Positions 59,321-64,000 of a stretch of 64,000 nt of DNA are shown piece by piece. The notes beneath the pieces were generated by a model that searched no databases, was not told the DNA's origin, and was given only the letters and a program-made list of their open reading frames with translations. The translations under genes were made by a program, and so were the position numbers. This stretch comes from Bacillota bacterium (GTDB lineage Bacteria; Bacillota; Ch66; Ch109). Every line of letters begins with the position of its first letter. Positions within the stretch are counted from its first letter, which is position 1. The DNA is taken from positions 1,056,001 to 1,120,000 of the forward strand of contig JBMNLH010000001.1 in assembly GCA_050952625.1 (NCBI GenBank), read 5' to 3'.

Positions 59321-60923
59321 CATTAGTGTTGCATTAACTTTTTAACAAAATACTAAGTTGTTCATTCATCATAGATGTTTAACGATTATACATGCGGATT
59401 ACCATAATATAACTGGTCCTATAAGAAAAAACTCCTTATAATAGAGATGTACAGGTAGTCCTGTCCATAATCTCTAAAATAAGGAGATCCGCTTATGGAC
59501 AAGGATACCAGAAAATCTGCATTTCGTGAATGCCTTAAGCCTATATTTGCATCTGGTTTTCAAAAACTACTTAAAAGCTGGGACATTGACAAATACACCA
59601 AAAAGCTGTTTGTTAATAACTTTATCCTTTTAATGCTTTACGCCCAGATTGATTGCCTTGACAGTTTGCGCCATACGAGTCAGATATTAAAGGATAGTGA
59701 GAAACTTCAGGAACTTATTGGATTAGGTTCTATAAGTGCGTCGCAGCTATCCAGAAAACTCAGAGAAATGTCGACCGAAGTTCTTGAGCAATTATTTACT
59801 GAACTCGTAAAAGAGCTGGAAGCAACAATTGGCCAAAAAAGCAACGAGTCATCGTCTTAAAAGGATTTTCTTGGTGGATGCCTCGGTGATTAGCCTTTGT
59901 CTCTCCAATCACCTTTGGGCAACCTACCGGAAAACTAAGGGTGGAGTTAAGCTTCATCTAAAACTAGCCTTTTATCCCGAAGTTGGGGTTTATCCTCATA
60001 CGGCAATCATCACAACCGCTAAAGGTAACGACCGGACTCAAATGGATAACTTGGTCGTTGAAGAATCTGGAGATGCGCTTTACGTTTTTGACCGAGGTTA
60101 CATTGATTACGAGAAGTTCGACAGCTATTGTGATAATAGCAACCAGATCCGGTTTGTCAGCCGTTTAAAATCAAATGCGGTCAAGGAGTTAATCCTAGAG
60201 CAAAAGATCCTGGTTGATAATGAATGGGCACTGGAGCGAATTGTTCGTCTAGGCACACTGGGAGTTAACCAAATGAAACATCCTCTACGGTTAATTGAAA
60301 CCCGGGATACTCAAGGAAATGCCGTCACGATTGTAACCAATGACTTTGAACTAACTGCCCAAGAAATCAGTGATATTTACCGGAACCGGTGGGCAGTTGA
60401 ACTATTTTTTAAATGGGTGAAGCAACATCTCAAGGTCAAAAAGTTTTATGGTAATAGCGAGAATGCCGTAAAGAATCAGATTTGGCTAGCACTCATATCC
60501 TTTTGTTTGATGACATTACTCCAATCAAAGGTAAAGTTCTCGGGAAAGCTCTTGGGTCTTCAACGTTCGCTACAATCCTGTGGATATGATTCTTTAGAAC
60601 TTTTCCTTGAAAAGCTGTTTAGACCACCAGCCCGTAAATCTAATGGAAGACGAAAGAATACATGGGAACAGGAATTCTGGCAGCTAAACGAACAAACATT
60701 GCTTTATGGGACTAGTATTCTAGATGAAACAACCTTAGATCTCATTTAACAAAATTAGGCAACGAAATGTGGTACAGGGCTATCTTTAATTGATCACTTG
60801 CTTTTAACATTTACGGGAAAAACTCCTGTTCAGAATATTCAATCTTCGTCTATTTAGCCCTATATATAAGCCAGTGTAAAATGCACTTAGAAGAAATGGG
60901 TTAAATTTTATGCATCACTAGTG
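59321..60923 (+). mobile_element. IS4-family insertion sequence
   Basis: Imperfect terminal IRs cattagtgttgcattaac and ttttatgcatcactagtg around a DDE transposase; no target duplication seen. Confidence 0.88.
59495..60749 (+). CDS. IS4-family transposase (one frameshift near 59835)
   Basis: DUF4372-like N-terminus (S.SQLSRKL), VDAS, VFDRGY, YRNRWAVELFFKWVKQHLK (Y-2-R-3-E-6-K signature). Confidence 0.92.
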
Positions 60924-61140
60924 ATATTACTTATATAATACATTTCTGTCAATCTCGAAAATACTTATCTAATAACCTAATCGACTTGTTATTTCTTCTC
61001 TAACAAACAAAAAAGCCCCTCCTATTGTTGGTTAAGAGATCCTCTCTAATTTTGGTAATATAGTATAATGTCAAAAGATACATAATTCATTAATTCTAAT
61101 TAACGTAAAGTCCGGCAGGTTCACACTGATGAATTCATTA

Positions 61141-61180
61141 AATAAAATAACCCGATAAGAGTTGCAATACTCTACCGGGT
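61141..61180 (-). terminator. Minus-strand terminator
   Basis: acccg.t.agagt/actct.ccgggt stem with an A-rich + strand flank (T tract on minus). Confidence 0.55.
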
Positions 61181-61219
61181 CACGGTGAATCACGCATTAA
61201 ATTCTAACTTAGAAAAACA

Positions 61220-61530
61220 TCAATTCAGCTCTTCCTTTAATTTCTGGATTTCTTATTTAGTAAGGCCGGTCGGTTATCTTGGCTATAAAGTCTTCGTCTG
61301 CCCCTTCGCGCAAGGCTGCTCTAGCTATCTCTCTTTCCCTTTCCTGTTTACCCTCATTTTTGCCTTCCCGTCTAGCCTGTTACTGCATCTCGTCCAGGGT
61401 CACTTCCAGGTTCAAGATCATCTGCACCACTTCCTGGGGGGTTACTTTCCTTCAAGATCCGTTCAACGTCCCTTTCCTGCTGCTTTGACACCCTTGGCAG
61501 CAGCACTATGTTTTGTTTCGGAAGCTTGGC
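61220..61530 (-). pseudogene. C-terminal remnant of an Rpn/YhgA-like nuclease (putative transposase)
   Basis: Minus-strand pieces VERILKESNPQEVVQMILNLEVTLDEMQ*QARREGKNEGKQEREREIARAALREGADEDFIAKIT..EIQKLKEELN*; contains stops and frameshifts. Confidence 0.7.
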
Positions 61531-61558
61531 AACTAGACAATAAGGCCAAAACAAATAT

Positions 61559-61964
61559 CTAATATTCCTTAAAATTCTTGATTAACAAAGTAAGATCAGA
61601 AATAAATTTGCAAGCATCTTCTATAGCTACTTGTGCCTCTTCGCGACTAACCAGATAAAAGTCATCATAATCACTTGCCTCTCTTAAATCTCTTGTCCTT
61701 TTTAGGATTTTACCATGGTCTTTCGGTAGTATATTTGTTTTAACAAATTGTTGATTAAACAGGCTAATAATGCCAGAATGTTTTCGTGAGTCAAGCCTTT
61801 TTAATGCCAGTGCTGCGCGGGGCCGCCTGAAAAATGGCATAATAAGCTCGGGATACAGTATCTGCATACATCCTGCGCTCAAATAATATTTGTGCAGCAT
61901 TTAGACGTTCTTCAGCTACTTTAAGTCGATACAAAGCCAGATCTTTGACAGTTATATCGTCCAA
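61559..61964 (-). CDS. HEPN domain protein (frameshift near 61820)
   Basis: From TTG 61964: LALYRLKVAEERLNAA..SRAYYAIFQAARAAL..KHSGIISLF..REASDY; overlaps the MNT stop. Confidence 0.85.
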
Positions 61965-62293
61965 AGATTTTCCCCTTCCTTTATAACATTCATTACAAAA
62001 GGTGCTTTTATTGAAGCAAGCTGATTAAATCGATCATTATCATATATGTTCAAAGAAATATCAATACCATATTCTAATTCTACATCAATAATAAAATCGT
62101 AAATTTTATCACGATCAATTCTCTTTTTGTCTTGCACCAGGATAAGGACATCCATGTCAGAATCTGGCCGATTATCGCCTCGCGCTTTTGAACCATAGAG
62201 GATTACTTTGATTATTTCATTATTGGCTACTTGATTTAGGTATTCCACGAACTGGTTTAAAACTTTTTGTTCAGTTGTTGTAAGTGATGACAT
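61952..62293 (-). CDS. Minimal nucleotidyltransferase (MNT)
   Basis: LYGSKARGD...DSDMDVL motif and C-terminal NVIKEG; ATG 62293 after aggtggtga. Confidence 0.92.
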   Translation of the reverse strand: MSSLTTTEQKVLNQFVEYLNQVANNEIIKVILYGSKARGDNRPDSDMDVLILVQDKKRIDRDKIYDFIIDVELEYGIDISLNIYDNDRFNQLASIKAPFVMNVIKEGENLWTI

Positions 62294-62357
62294 GAAGTGT
62301 TTCACCACCTAAACATATAATTTGGGTTTAGTTTTATAGCAATTCACTAATATATTC

Positions 62358-62386
62358 ATTGTATAATAGTTTTTGCTGATTTACAA
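62358..62386 (-). promoter_or_regulatory. Sigma-A promoter for MNT-HEPN
   Basis: Minus strand TTGTAA-17nt-TACAAT. Confidence 0.55.
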
Positions 62387-62406
62387 GATTTGGCTCTCTA
62401 AACAAA

Positions 62407-62443
62407 AGAAGAAATGGGTTAAATTTTATGCATCACTAGTGAT
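62407..62443 (+). mobile_element. Solo second copy of the IS4 right end
   Basis: 37-bp exact repeat of 60889-60925: agaagaaatgggttaaattttatgcatcactagtgat. Confidence 0.9.
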
Positions 62444-62641
62444 TTTTCCTAAAGAAAAGCCTATATCTAAAACAATATAATAAAGGGTGAATACAAGGGC
62501 ACCAAATATGATGGTTTTCCCTAGAGTCAAACTTTTCGTTTTACTATCATCATTTGCAAAACGCACAAAAATATATCCTGGGACCACGATAAGCATTAAA
62601 AATAAGACCACTTGTAAAGAAAAACTCATCATCTGCCCCAC
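62426..62641 (-). CDS. Small two-TM membrane protein, 3' end formed by the IS end
   Basis: 71 aa, hydrophobic; its last codons (TSDA*) lie inside the solo IS end. Confidence 0.6.
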   Translation of the reverse strand: MGQMMSFSLQVVLFLMLIVVPGYIFVRFANDDSKTKSLTLGKTIIFGALVFTLYYIVLDIGFSLGKITSDA

Positions 62642-62841
62642 CCTTCAAAGTCAAACTCCTTATCTTTTATCTCTTTCCCTGTAATGGTCCGTTCTTCCTT
62701 CCTCTCTTTCCAAATTGTTCTTATACCATTTTCAATAATCACAGCGATAACTGTCCCAATATAAAGAAGAAATAACACTATTATTAGCATCCCAATCGAC
62801 TCCATTGTTTTAAACAAAGCTAAATCCCAGCCATAATTCAT
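62629..62841 (-). CDS. Small membrane protein
   Basis: 70 aa, one TM segment, overlaps the next ORF start. Confidence 0.5.
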   Translation of the reverse strand: MNYGWDLALFKTMESIGMLIIVLFLLYIGTVIAVIIENGIRTIWKERKEERTITGKEIKDKEFDFEGWGR

Positions 62842-63137
62842 TACCCAATCCCCGACAATAAAACCAAAAACAAGAAACGGGGCTATAAAATAAATAAAGC
62901 CGGCCGGGGTGATAACTACGCAAACGATACCTTAATCGTCGAAAATCCCTGTACGGATATTTCGGTAGTTAGTCCGTATTCCAATCCTAATGGCTCCCTG
63001 TCAATTAACCGGGAGCCATGTTGTTTAATGAAAGAGGTGAGAGATTGTGAAAATAGCGGGTCTGGGCAGGTTTCGAATAAAGATAAATGGAATAGCCGTA
63101 AAATGCTTATAACATTCTTTATCCCCAGCTAGTAACG

Positions 63138-64000
63138 CTAGAAATATGGATGGTACCGATTATACCCTGAACCAGTCAATGTTACATTAACCTGTACCGG
63201 TCCAGCGATATTAGAATTAAGCGGCTTAAAGGTCGTGGCTCGTTGCAATTCAAAACCACCGTCTGGTGTGGGGGCTTGGTATGCCGCAAATTCCAAAGGC
63301 TTACCGGTTGCCCCATTAAAGGCACATACCCGTCCGTCCTGGTCGCCGATCAGGACCGCTCCGGCTTTCTGCCAGACCAAGGGGGAGTTGGCTCCCATAG
63401 CTTGAAGTTTAGTTGACCATTCGGTAACTCCGGTTTCTTTGTTCAATCTAACCAGAAGTCCTTTCCCGCCGTAGTTGCGGATCGAGAAAAAGACGCCGGT
63501 GGAAGAAATGGCCGGAGAATCGTTGATGAAATTACCGCGAAAATCGGTGTTCTCCCAGATCAGGTCGCCGTTGGTGCTGTTAACGCAGTAAAAACTCCCG
63601 TTCTTATCGGAGAAGAAAATTCGGTTGCCATCGACCGTGATCGAGGCAGGAACGCCGGTTGGGGTTGGGTCTGCCCAAATTTTTTCAAGAATCGGGTTGC
63701 CCTCTGCATCGGTTCTCACTTGGTAGGCTGAAACCCGGCAATTCGTGTCAAAACCAATAACAAAGCTATTCGGTCCTAACTTGCCGGCTGAAGAAGAAAT
63801 TCGGCCGGTTCCTTCTTTAAAAGATCGTTTCGTCCCTTCATCGACACTAAGCCCTCGAACAACATGAATATTGCCGTCAGCGGTTGCAACGATTACAGTG
63901 TCATTTTCCAATACCAAGGGGGCGGTGACTATTTCGTCAGACAAAGGAACCTTAAAGGCATCTCCGGTGGCGGGATTATAATATGCTAGAAAGTAAGTGC
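63138..64000 (-). CDS. PQQ-like beta-propeller repeat protein (partial; begins beyond the window)
   Basis: Repeated blades: GSFYCVNSTNGDLIW, LVRLNKETGVTEW, GRVCAFNGATG, SP motifs. Confidence 0.75.
   Translation of the reverse strand, partial: TYFLAYYNPATGDAFKVPLSDEIVTAPLVLENDTVIVATADGNIHVVRGLSVDEGTKRSFKEGTGRISSSAGKLGPNSFVIGFDTNCRVSAYQVRTDAEGNPILEKIWADPTPTGVPASITVDGNRIFFSDKNGSFYCVNSTNGDLIWENTDFRGNFINDSPAISSTGVFFSIRNYGGKGLLVRLNKETGVTEWSTKLQAMGANSPLVWQKAGAVLIGDQDGRVCAFNGATGKPLEFAAYQAPTPDGGFELQRATTFKPLNSNIAGPVQVNVTLTGSGYNRYHPYF

Noticed and set aside
59825-59845. Programmed -1 frameshift in the transposase at the A6 run
   Set aside because: The second ORF is in the +1 frame, IS4 elements do not normally frameshift, and the region is full of probable indel errors
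61185-61562. 125-aa + strand ORF
   Set aside because: It is the antisense shadow of the Rpn remnant; no RBS or recognisable motif
63030-63113. 21-codon + strand mini-ORF with a strong RBS (aaagaggtga..GTG)
   Set aside because: Too short, no homology cue, and it lies opposite the probable frameshifted tail of the propeller gene

Overview
A mostly + strand chromosomal segment from an endospore-forming, probably anaerobic Bacillota (Clostridia/Peptococcaceae-like; inferred from gene content and order). Positions 1-51 kb are core genome. They carry scpAB, ytfI/gerW, spmAB and rluB; an HDOD pair; a FadR-regulated 2-oxoacid:ferredoxin oxidoreductase operon; larB; hutP-aroH-aroF-cmk-plsC-ispH/rpsA; mobA and fni; a split Ku/LigD NHEJ trio; DUF1614-spoIIP-YIEGIA; der-plsY-gpsA-spoIVA; apgM, mqnBD and hom-thrB-ask; a YmaF-like gene; and a fapR-fab cluster. 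From about 51.4 kb almost every gene (C_GCAxxG_C_C protein, hydrolase, topB, trpBA, fetB, transposase, HEPN) has small indels, probably assembly errors. An accessory block starts at 59.3 kb: an IS4 element, an Rpn remnant, an MNT-HEPN pair, a solo second IS end and a beta-propeller gene. The best non-coding signals are a complete TRAP-type attenuator before trpBA (11 (G/U)AG triplets with overlapping antiterminator and terminator) and a five-copy ~100-bp three-hairpin repeat resembling IS200/IS605 ends. Also seen: a second three-copy REP-like family, FapR and FadR operators, CTG start codons on ku and aspartate kinase, and a possible selenocysteine read-through in an FmdB-type protein. No tRNA, rRNA or CRISPR array was seen. 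All calls come from reading the sequence by eye; no searches were run.
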